Notes under the pieces: generated by a model
The model's input: the letters and a program-made list of their open reading frames with translations, nothing else
The model's database searches: none
Told to the model about the DNA's origin: nothing
Program-made: the position numbers and the translations under genes
Shown here: one piece after another, positions 24,001 through 36,466 of the stretch
Position numbering within the stretch: position 1 is the first letter of the stretch
Layout of the letters: every line of letters begins with the position of its first letter
From: Octopus bimaculoides
Taxonomy: Eukaryota
Direction: 5' to 3'
NCBI RefSeq assembly: GCF_001194135.2
Contig: NC_068986.1
Coordinates: 23,253,512-23,313,166 of the forward strand
DNA length: 59,655 nt

Positions 24001-27000
24001 CTAACGTTTCCTATTTCTTTACTGCCCACAAGGGGCTGCACACAGAGGGGACAAACAAGGACAGACAAACGAATTAAGTCGATTATATCGACTCCAGTAC
24101 ATAACTGGTACTTATTTAATCGACCCCGAAAGGATGAAAGGCAGAGTCGACTTTGGCAGAATTTGAACTCAGAACGTAGTGGCAGACGAAATACCGTTAA
24201 GCATTTCGCCCGGCTTGCTAACGTTTCTGCCAGCTCGACACCTTTAAAATATGATTCATTGAATAATTTAAGCAGTATTCTTTTCTACTCTCAGCACAAG
24301 GCCTGAAATTTTTGTGGCAGGTGGGGGTGGGGGTGGGGCAGTTGATTAGATTGACCCCCAGTATGCAACTGGTACTTAATTTATCAACCCCAAAAGGATG
24401 AAAGCAAAGTCGATCTCATCGGAATTTGAACTCAGAACGTAAAGACAGACGATATACTGCTAAGCATTTCACCTGGCATGCTAACGATTCAGCCAGCTTG
24501 CTGCCATTAGAATGAAACACATTGAAATGTGTTTTGACAATCTCATTAGGAGATTCTGGACTGACATGACAGATATAGGTCAGCCTTTATCATTGAATAA
24601 TAATTAACTTCACGTGGGAATTATGAATAGAGAACTGTATTCATGATAAAATTCTTGATAAATAGAATGTATTACATATAGCTTATGGAGAGTCACTTTT
24701 TGTTTAATTCCTCATCAGCCCTGGTGAAACAGACCCCAGCATTTTAACTGTGATCAATCCATAATTTTTTGTATACCAGAGTGTACAATACCACTGACTT
24801 ATTGTCTAGTATATTGATGGGTCAAAAAAAAAAAAAAATAATGTACCAGTAAACTACCAGGTTGATATAATTAGTGAACCCTTTTTTCCAAATTCCAGTC
24901 CTTGTAACTGTATGTAATTGTATAATTGTCAAATTTTTCAATGATAACACAGGGTTAGATTGTTGTGTAGGAGATGTTTGCATAGCAAGTTCTTTCTAAN
25001 NNNNNNNNNNNNNNNNNNNNNNNNNNNNNNNNNNNNNNNNNNNNNNNNNNNNNNNNNNNNNNNNNNNNNNNNNNNNNNNNNNNNNNNNNNNNNNNNNNNN
25101 NNNNNNNNNNNNNNNNNNNNNNNNNNNNNNNNNNNNNNNNNNNNNNNNNNNNNNNNNNNNNNNNNNNNNNNNNNNNNNNNNNNNNNNNNNNNNNNNNNNN
25201 NNNNNNNNNNNNNNNNNNNNNNNNNNNNNNNNNNNNNNNNNNNNNNNNNNNNNNNNNNNNNNNNNNNNNNNNNNNNNNNNNNNNNNNNNNNNNNNNNNNN
25301 NNNNNNNNNNNNNNNNNNNNNNNNNNNNNNNNNNNNNNNNNNNNNNNNNNNNNNNNNNNNNNNNNNNNNNNNNNNNNNNNNNNNNNNNNNNNNNNNNNNN
25401 NNNNNNNNNNNNNNNNNNNNNNNNNNNNNNNNNNNNNNNNNNNNNNNNNNNNNNNNNNNNNNNNNNNNNTGTATATATATCTGTGTGTGTGCGTGTGTGT
25501 GTGTTTGTGTGTCTGTGTTTGTCCCCCCCAACATCGCTTGACAACCGATGCTGGTGCGTTTGCATCCCCGTAACTTAGCGGTTCCGCAAAAGAGACCGAT
25601 AGAATAAGTACTAGGCTTCCAAAGAATAAGTCCTGGGGTCAGTTTGCTTGACTAAAGGCAGTGCTCCAGCATGGCCACAGTCAAAAGACTGAAACAAGTG
25701 AAAGAGTAAAAGAGTAAAAGAGGTACAAGACTTGTGATGATTTATTTTTCAACATAGTCCCCCTCGATGTCTGAACACTTTCTCCAGCGGTGCTGAAGCG
25801 CCATTAACCCGGCGTAGAAGAACTCTTTTGTTTGGGACATTAATTTGCGAAGAGGTATTGATATCTGTTGAGCTGTTAGAATAATTAGTCATTGCCATTG
25901 TCTGGGTTCAGAACATTCCTCTTGGAGCCAGTCTATCATCATGGAAAACTCAGCCGTGATCATTCTGTTTTCTGTTTTTTTTGCTTCTTTCTTTTTCTTC
26001 AGAAATCTTAGACAACATTATCCAGTATTCATGTTTTATGAAGATGTAAGGTGTGGTTTGGGGGATTTGGTTACTGTTTGTGGATAGTTCATTGTAGATC
26101 CTCTACAGCAAGAAATCTGTTCTTCATTGGCCCCTTCTCCCATTTTTTTTTTTTACACCTCATCTCTTAACGTAAAGCTTCTTCTTTGGGGTTTGCAGTC
26201 TTGCAAACTGCATGGTAATCCCACTAGCACTAGTGGCATGGAAAAAGCACCCAGAATATTCTGTAAAGGGTTTTATATTAGGAAGGGTATCCAGGTATAG
26301 CAGATACTAGAGCATGGTGCAGTCTTTGGCCCCATTGGATCTGGTCATGCGATTCATGCCAGCTTGGAACATGGATGTTAAAGTGATGATGTTGATGATG
26401 AAAGATGTGCTGTGAAAGACAACATCTAGTAAAGTTTCTACTCAAAAAGTTTGGTATAACAATCCCGTTCTTTAATCATTCAGTAACAGCTTCTTTACAG
26501 TTGCCAATATTTTGAGCATTAATGGGTTAATTAAAAAAAAAATGAAATTTGATATTTGTATTGTCCTACAGTAACTATTTTCTTCTTCTTTTAGATCTCT
26601 TTCCTCGAAATGAGGCTTTTGTGCACTTTTCCAATGATGTGTCATCAAATACAAGTGCGGTTCCAGAAATGGGTTTAGATTGTACACCTGCTGTTATCAA
26701 GAAGACAGGTGAGTTATTTTAATTTGTTTGTTGTATTAAGCAAGTATCCCAGGAAAAGTGTGAGCGTGTTTTGGGAAGTTTTTGTTTGTGTGTGTATGTG
26801 TCTGTGTGTGTGTGTGTGTGTGTGCGTGTGCGTATATATACTTAATATCTCAGCATTGAGTACAGATGTTTTAATAATTCATTTTTTTCCTTTGCAAACT
26901 CTTTGACTATTGTTTTGTTTATTTATTTTGCAGACACTGTTGTGTTGAGAAAAATTTACTTTGTATGAAAAGATTTTTCTGAAAGATTTATTAAACAACT

Positions 27001-30000
27001 TCATATTCTGTAGTAAAGATTGTTTGCCAACATAACATGGCAGTCCTGGTTTAGGACTAATGTTCGAAAATATAAGGACACAGATCGTGTCGTATAGCCA
27101 GCTGGAGACGATGTCTCCTGGGGCTAAACTACAGCAACATTAGTCCTAAACCAGGACTGCCATGTTATGTTGGCAAACAATCTTTACTACAAAGTACTGT
27201 TGCTGAATATCTCACGTTGTGAGATTTTAAAACAGTAATTTTCTAACTTCATATTCTCTTTTGTCTCACTTTTAACAGCAAGGGTTATAGTTAATGTTTA
27301 GTATAATTAAATGAAATTTTGGTGCCCTAGCATGAAGCTGACCATCACTGCCCAAGGTTTGTAGTTCTGTGAGCTGCATGACAATCTGCAAGCTATACTG
27401 CAACCTGCAAGCTGCAGATGGCACATAGAAAGCACCCAGTCTACAGTGTTAAGTCATTGGCATTAGAAAGAGCATCCAACCATAGATACCATGCTAAAAC
27501 AGACACTGGAGCATGATGCAGTCTGTGAACACATCTGATCCTGTCAAACTATCCAACCTATGCCAGCATAGAGCATGGATGTTAAATGATGATTATGATG
27601 ATGTTACATGTAGACATGATATGTGTAGATATGATGTAATGTGTCTTTAGGAATATTATGCTGAAAACAAGTAATAAAAGGGAACTAGACCAGTAATTGA
27701 AAAAGGGTTATTGGAATGAGAAAGTTCAATAAACATGTCAGTGAGATGAAATAGCTAACCAAGTTGATCTTCTGGCAGCTTGCTTGTTAACCTTTTCATT
27801 ACCAACCCAGCTGAAACTGGATCTGGCTCTGAGTACAAATATCTTGTTTTCATAAGTTTTGAATTAAAATCTTCCACAAAACCTTAGTCACAATTTATGG
27901 TCCTTACACTAGCTGAATGATAACTAAGTTATTTTACTAAATTCTTTGTTATATTTAAAGTAATTGAAAGAAACACAGAGCATCTCAAAATAAATACAGT
28001 AATGAAAGGGTTAAAGTGTTTACAGGTATATTGTAAAGAATTTGACAGATTGTATCAGAATTGGAACAGTGTTTGGTACAAAAACCAGTCTCAAGAAACT
28101 GGTTTGTGTTCGCAAAAATCATATGATGTATTTTAGTTTTATGATTTTAGTTTGTATGGTGGCATGGAAAGTGAACTCTCTATTGCAAAATTGATCAAAC
28201 TCACAAATGCTTCATTCAAGACATTTAAATTTCAATGGATCACTTTACTTTACTGAATATAGGAAGCATGTGGAGCTAGAGCTCAGTGGTAAGTGGCTTA
28301 CAGTGACGAGGGTTCTAGTTGATCTGATCAACAGAACAGCCTACTTGTGAAGTTAATGTGCAAGTGGCTGAACACTCTACAAATACATGTACTCTTAATG
28401 TAGTTCCTAGGGAGATTCAGCATGACACAGAATGTGATAAGGCTGACCCTTTGAAATACAGGTACTACTCATTTTTGCCAGATGTGTGGACTGGAGCAAT
28501 GTGAAATAAAGTGTCTTGCTGAAGAACATAATGCGTTGCTGAGAATTGAACTCACAACATTACAATGATGAGCCGAATACCCTACCACTAAGCCATGTGC
28601 CTATATGAGAACTGATATCCAGAAAGACAATATTGATTTTTGGCATTGGTAAAAGGCCACACATATTTACTATTAATGATTATAGGTTTGTATAGTTGAT
28701 TGAATTAATCACATTATATTACTGGTACTTGTTTTATTGATTCCAGAGGGATGAAAAGCTAAGTCATCCTTAGTGGGATAGCTTTGTAATTAGAGCCAGT
28801 CTGTTAGATCTCTGCTCAGCAAAGTGACTTAAAGGGCTGCTCTTCTGTGCCCTTCTGTTGTTCAAGTTAGTGGACAGGAAGCAAATGGCAAAGATACAGA
28901 AGCAGGTAATGAAAATTATCCTTTAACAATTAAAACAATGTCACTGATTAGAACAGCTGCAATATTTAATTGTTAAAGGATTCTTTGTAATCGGTGTTGT
29001 TTGTAATGTGTTGTATCCGTTACACTCTTTCAGCCTCAGGTCATCATCATCACAACAACAACAACATTAACAACAACAACAACAACGGCAACAGCAGCAA
29101 CAACAATAATAACCATAGTGATCACGCACGGGCTCGTTTGAACCATCAGTACAACCACAGTAACGAAAATGATTCTGGTAATGACACGGGTGAAATCAAG
29201 AGTGAGAATGGGGATGAGAGAGAAACTCCAATGACCGATGATTCATTATTGCCTATTGCAGGTCAGCAAGTGACCAGCGACACTGACAGCGATGTTGAAT
29301 ATTGTGACACTATTGACACGCTGCAGGATGTGTCAGAGGTATGTGGATAGATTCTCAGCTTCACCTTCTTGCTTCGTGAATGAAAATGAGTTAATGAAAA
29401 TGAGTTAATACTGTTTCTATGCTTGATTGTATCATCATCACCGTCTTCATCATTGTCCTCATCGTCATCATCATCATCGTCATCAACATCGTCGTCATCA
29501 TCATCATCGTCATCGTCATTGTCATCAACATCATTATCATCATCGTCATCATCATCATCAACGTTGTCATCGTCATCAACATCAACATCATCATCATCAT
29601 CATCATTGTCCTTGTCGTCATCGTCATCGTCATCCTCATCCTCATCATCATCAACATCATCATCATCATCATCATCAACATCATCATCGCCGTCGTCATC
29701 ATCAACATCATCATCATCGTTGTCATCATCATCATCATCATCATCGTCATCATCGTCATCAACATCAACATCATTATCATCATCATCGTCGTCATCATAA
29801 CCATCGTTGTCGCCGTCGTCATCGTCGTTGTCAACATTTTTATCATCATCATCATCATCATCATCAACGTCGTCATCATCATCATCATCATCACTGTCAT
29901 CATCAATGATCAACATGGATTGAAGGGTTTGACAGGTTCTGGCAAGCTGCAAGGCCACGATGACACTCCAGTGTCAGCTTCAGCACGATTTCTATGGCTG

Positions 30001-31234
30001 GATGCCCTTCCCAATGCCAACCACTTCACAGAGTGCACTGGTTGCTTTTTTTGTCATGCCACCAACACTAGTGAGGCCACCAAGTAACTTGTGAGACAAG
30101 GAAAATTACTTATGTGTATATAATTCTAAGACACTGAGCAATGAAGTAAGAGATAAATGAAGATGAAATACCTATATTTGAAAGTGAAATCGTGATGGCA
30201 CTTGTGCCCAGCGTCGCCTTCCTGGCATTTCTGCCGGTGGCATGTGTAAAGACATTCGAGCGAGATTGTTGCCAGTGCCGTTGGACTGGCTCCTATGTAG
30301 GTGGCACGTAAAATACACCATTTTGAGCATGGCCGTTGCCAGTACCGCTTGACTTCGTGTCGGTGTCACGTAAAAGCACCCACTACACTCTCGGAGTGGT
30401 TGGCGTTAGGAAGGGCATCCAGCTGTAGAAATTCTGCCAAATCAGATTGGAGCCTGGTGTAGCCATCTGGTTCACCAGTCCTCAGTCAAATCGTCCAACC
30501 CATGCTAGCATGGAAAGCGGACGTTAAATGATGATGAGGATGATGATGATGAGCCTTTGTTATCAGTTAGTGTGAGACACATCAGAATCCTGCTCAAAGT
30601 CATTGCACATCATGTACATTATCAATTCATCATCATCATCATCATTTAGTGTTCACTTTTCCTTTCTTGCATGTGTCAGATGGAATTTGTTGTGGAGACA
30701 GATTTTCTACAGCTGGACACCCTTCCTGTTCTATATTTGAGAGATGAGGAATTATGTGGTAAAGATTGTTTGCCAACATGACACGGCAGTCCTGGTTTAG
30801 GACTTAATGTTGCTGTAATTTAGCCCCAGGAGACATCGTCTCCAGTTGGCTATACGACACTATCTCTGTCCTTATATTTTCGAACAAGGGAATCTAGCAC
30901 CCCCACTCAGCTCAAAGCAATATCTGTGTATTGCGATTGTGAGATTTAAAAATAGTAATTTTCTAACGAGGAATTATTTACTTTATTTACATTTGACGGA
31001 TATTTGTCCTCATCTTGTTTGTTGTTAACACAAAGTTTTGGCTGATATGCTCTCTAGCCTTCATCAGGTGTCCTGGGGAAATTTCGAACCTGGGTTCTCA
31101 TCATCATTATTATTATTCAGGTCACTGCCTAGAATTGAACTCGATTCTTGGGGTTGCCCGTGGGCTTATGGCGTAGTGGTTAAGAGAACAGGCTACTAGC
31201 CCCAAGGTTCTGAGTTCGATTCTAGGTAGTGACA

Positions 31235-31285
<51 letters not shown>

Positions 31286-34200
31286 TCGAAAAATACCTTA
31301 GGAATGAGAACCCAGGAGGGTATATCAGCCGAAATATTGTGTTGACAACAAACAAGATGAGGACAAATATCCGTCAAATGTAAATAATGTAAATAATACC
31401 CTTCCTGTTGCCCACCCTTACCTGTTTCCAAGCAATGTAACGTTTCCCTGGATCACAAGAAATGAACATCATTGCTTGTCTGATGGTGATGTGAATTTAC
31501 AGTCACCACATAATGCCAAGACAAAGGTACACACATGATGGGCTTCTTTCGGTTTACACCTACCAGATTCATTCACAAGGCTGTTTGGTTGGCTTATGGC
31601 TAGTGTAGAAGACAGTTGCCCAAGGTGCTGCCTAGTAGGACTGAAACCAAGACCACATGGTTGGGAAGCAAGTGTTTTTAAACACACAGCCATACCTGAC
31701 AGAAAAGCATGAATGTTACAACTTCCTATTACCTTTTCTCATGGCTGCGTATTGTAGAATTGTGTCAGTGATCAGGTTATAGATATGCAATGAAATTTTT
31801 CAACCCTTTCCTGTATACTACCTACTGACATTGACTTACAGGCTCATGAGGATAGAACTTATTCATATTTCCAAAGCTGATAGTAGAAGCCTCCCCCTTG
31901 AATAGGACCTTAGGGGCAAGTGTCCCTTCCTCATGGTATAGCAAGGAAAAAAATTTTCAAAGAGAAAAAGAATTATTCTTCCAGCTCGGAATTTTTCATT
32001 GTGCTTGAACATATTTACTATGAACTTAATTGAAATGAATTGAAATAAATTGTATAGAAAAATAACATGCAGAACTCAAACACTTATTAATTTATAAAAA
32101 GTTTAAAAAAGGTATAACAATGCACTATAGAACAAAAAATGGACTATATAACTGTTTATAGCAGAGACTCCAGCAAATAAGATCTGAAGAAGGAATTCTA
32201 ATTCCGAAATATCATCGGACTATTAACCAAGTTACAACAGGTATATAGTCCAATTTTTTGGTCTATAGGTGCAGGAGTGGCTGTGTGGTAAGTAGCTTGC
32301 TTACCAACCACATAGTTCCAGGTTCAGTCCCACTGCGTGGCATCTTGGGCAAGTGTCTTCTACTATAGCCTCGGGCCGACCAAAGCCTTGTGAGTGGATT
32401 TGGTAGACGGAAACTGAAAGAAGCCCGTCGTATATATGTATATATATATATGTGTGTGTACGTGTTTGTGTGTCTGTGTTTGTCCCCCTAGTATTGCTTG
32501 ACAACCGATGCTGGTGTGTTTACGTCTCTGTAACTTAGCGGTTTGGCAAAAGAGACCAATAGAATAAGTACTAGGCTTCCAAAGAATAAGTCCCGGGCTC
32601 GACTAAAGGCGGTGCTCCAGCATGGCCGCAGTCAAATGACTGAAACAAGTAAAAGAGTAAAAGAGTATAGTGCATTGTTATACCTTTCTAAACTTTTTAT
32701 TCTTCACAAACAATACACAATGCTTCAAGCGAACTACAATACTCTCTTATTAATTTATGTGTTGTTATTTTGATGATTGCAGGCTATTGATGTCTTGAGT
32801 TCAACAGCCAGCAGTGATAATGAAGCTGTATTTACGCAGTCACCGGTGAAAATGAAGAGGGACGACCCCGACTATAACAGCCTACACCAGTCTGCCAACA
32901 CAGTGCTTGCAGGGATTCAAACCTCAACCAACATCACTGCCAGGTCAGTGCAGCCTGATTTGATGGTGATGGCCAACTCGAATTCTTATGCCTATGTACC
33001 AAATCATCGTAAATTCTCTTCGGACAGTATGGCTGTGAACATCGCTTCGAGGCAGTCGGTCAGTGAGGTCGATCATGAATGCTTTGTTAATGGTATACCT
33101 CAGGATGAACACCAACCAAGACCACCGGCTGCTGGACACGAGGCTGAAATGGATGTTACTGTACGTGGTGGAGAAGAAGAAGGACCATCTCGCCGATCGT
33201 CCAGGAGAGTTTCCAGCAGCAGTTATGGTATTTCCTCAAGGAACATGGGAAGAGGTTGGTAGACAAAAAAATAGTTTTTTTTTTCTTTTTTTTTTTTTCT
33301 ATAGTTTCAGCTTAGAGCTGCGGCCATGCTGATGCACCACCGTGAAATTTTAGTAAGTCCCTGGGTAGGATTGAACTCTGCCCAGGATGTTCAATGTGGC
33401 TGTCTAATGTCTCTACCCACGAGACCACCAAGACATCCAAAATATTTTTAAATGATAATGATGATAATGATGAAGATAATGGTGATGCTAGTGCTGATGA
33501 TAGCTGTGGTGTTGTTGTTGTTGGTGGTGGTGGTTGTGTTCGTGGTAGATTTGGTGATGGTGATGGTGGTGGTGCTAGTGCTGCCATATCACAGTCCATT
33601 TTACCTAGCTGCAAGTGTTGGATAAGTCTTCTCCAGCACAATGTCCTACCTCTTGTTGCAGCCTTAAACCTTTAGCTTCATAGTCCCAGCTCTGAAACAA
33701 ACAGGAAACAAGCCTTAAACCTCCTTGTCCCAGCTCTGGAAAAAAAACAGGAAATAAGCCTTAAGCCTTTAGCTTCCTAGTCCCAGCTCTGGAAAAAACA
33801 GGAAACAAGCTTTAAGCCTTTAGGTTCCTAGTCCCAGCTCTGGAACAAACAGGAAATAAGCTTTAATCCTTTAGCTTCCTAGTCCCAGCTCTGGAACAAA
33901 CAGGAAATAAGCTTTAAGTCTTTAGCTTCCTAGTCCCAGCTCTGGAACAAACAGGAAATAAGCCTTAAGCCTTTAGGTTCCTGGCCCCAGGCCCCAGCTC
34001 TACTGCTAATCCTTTCTCTTCACTGTCTATATTTGTATGTCATGAGGTATCTTATGGAGTTTCTCCTCTCACCTTTTCTCTATATTGAGTAGGGCTATCT
34101 CCCTGAAGGGATAGGAAAAATAGCACTGAAATCCAATATTATTCCAGAAATGCTTATGGTAATTTTGAGGGTGGCATGTGCTTTGCGAGCAGAGGTTTGG

Positions 34201-36422
34201 TTACTGCTGCCATGTATGTATGATCTGTTAAGAATATTTTTCTAATCAAAGCACCTTTTTTGGTGTACATATCATGAAATCCCCGGCCAACTTTGAAACA
34301 GAACATAAGAGAAATGATATAAATTAGGAAAAACAAGTCTGTCGTCGCAGAAAAGAAACAGAAAGAGATAAAGATCACTAAACGAAAGCAACCCAAAACA
34401 ATAAAAATTTTGAATTATTATTATTTTCAAGGGAGATAACTCTTAAGAATAATTATGCAGTTATGTTCCTTAAGTAGCGTTTTACGGAGACCGTAGAATA
34501 TTAGTTCTAAAATCTCTCTAAGAGATAAAAAAATCGCTGTAGAGTCCGTTCGAGTGGACAGCCATGTTGAAGTCGCTACGAATATTACTCGTAGAATATT
34601 AATTTTATTTTCAGTGCGTAAGTATTCATATGAAAGATTTTGGGACCATAACATCAGACTAACTTCTTTATAATGACTAATATCTCTGTGTAGATTACCA
34701 GGCAGAATTCTGGTTTAAGCAACCCCATAAAACCCCTCGTAATTTAAATTTCTTTTTTGAATTTGCAGGAAAATTGTACAAATTTGTGATCTACACAAGG
34801 GAATTCATACGNNNNNNNNNNNNNNNNNNNNNNNNNNNNNNNNNNNNNNNNNNNNNNNNNNNNNNNNNNNNNNNNNNNNNNNNNNNNNNNNNNNNNNNNN
34901 NNNNNNNNNNNNNNNNNNNNNNNNNNNNNNNNNNNNNNNNNNNNNNNNNNNNNNNNNNNNNNNNNNNNNNNNNNNNNNNNNNNNNNNNNNNNNNNNNNNN
35001 NNNNNNNNNNNNNNNNNNNNNNNNNNNNNNNNNNNNNNNNNNNNNNNNNNNNNNNNNNNNNNNNNNNNNNNNNNNNNNNNNNNNNNNNNNNNNNNNNNNN
35101 NNNNNNNNNNNNNNNNNNNNNNNNNNNNNNNNNNNNNNNNNNNNNNNNNNNNNNNNNNNNNNNNNNNNNNNNNNNAAAAGAAATGAGGAAAATATCAGGT
35201 GGTCGTGAGATGTACTAAAAATAACAGCTAAATCGCTTACAATCACAAAAAAAAAAAAGAAATTTTTTTCCTTTTGCATATTTGTATGAATTCCTTTGTG
35301 TAGAACACAAATTCACAAACATTTTCTGAAATTTTCAAAAAATAAAAAAGTTATGAGGGGTTATACAGGGTTCTTACAAGCTAACAAAGGAACCGATTCT
35401 TCCACTAAAAAAAAATTTCTCAATCCTTCCTCAGGATACATCTTTCTAGAAGGCCTTCACTGCTCACAGTTTCTATACAGCCATCAGTTTACTGAAATTT
35501 CATGTTAAACATCGACGGTTTTAGCCTTACTGGTCTTATAACATTGCTTATTCTTCATAGACTAAGTTTTAAAAACAGAAATTAACCCATCTGTACATTG
35601 TTTATATATAGAGAAATATGTGGTTTATAGAGTGAGGAATAGATAGATAGATAGATAGATCGATAGATAGATAGATAGATAGATAGATACAAAATTAAGA
35701 GGAATGACCAGCAAAAGTGGACTCCTATATGCTAGAAATAGATGCCAAATCACCTAACCATATTGAGAACATATTCTTCGTGGTTAGGTGATTTAGCATC
35801 TATTTCTAGCATATAGGAGTCCACTTTTGCTGGTCATTCCTCTTAATTTTGTATGTAATATAATTTTAATCTTCGGATTTTTTTAAATATGCTAGACCAC
35901 TGGTTTTAATTGATTAATATCAATTTCTACCCTTATTATTAAATTTTTAGATAGATAGATAGATAGAACAGAAGTAAATTCTGGCCCGCTCCCAAAACCT
36001 GACTCCACTTTCATATCATAAAACTTCCATCTCTCTTCTAGATATTTTATATTTACAACTTTTACTTTTGTGTACAGGTCAAGGAGATATCGGATACTAT
36101 CCCGGAGGTGTTCACATACCATATCTTGGAAGTGGTGCTGGCGGGGCAGGACAGCCAGGTGGCAGTGTTGCTATGGTGATGAATCCACCAAACTGTGTTA
36201 CAGAACAAATTGCTTTGGCATTGTCACGACTTCAGACTGATCTTGTAGCTGTGCTTGACCGGTTGGATACACTGGAAGAAGGTCGTAGAAAGGAGAAAAC
36301 TGTAAGTTTTATTTAACATTAACAATTTGTTTATCAGATTCAGGTGTGAATTAATTAATTAATTATTATCATTTGATGAATTTCCCCACCATCACATTTT
36401 ACAATCTAATTTCTCATGCACA

Positions 36423-36466
<44 letters not shown>

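Noticed and set aside
29263-30087. Long poly-Asp, poly-His, poly-Ser, poly-Ile and poly-Met ORFs
   Set aside because: All six frames of a stop-poor (TCA)n tract. It is an intronic SINE tail with no splice support.
31156-31233. Possible tRNA gene
   Set aside because: A and B boxes are present, but I cannot form an acceptor stem or full cloverleaf. It runs into (AAT)n and a repeat body, so it is a SINE-type head.
11497-34000. Regular arrays (66-, 22- and 51-bp units) as CRISPR-like arrays
   Set aside because: Head-to-tail units without unique spacers, no cas genes, and a eukaryotic intron context.
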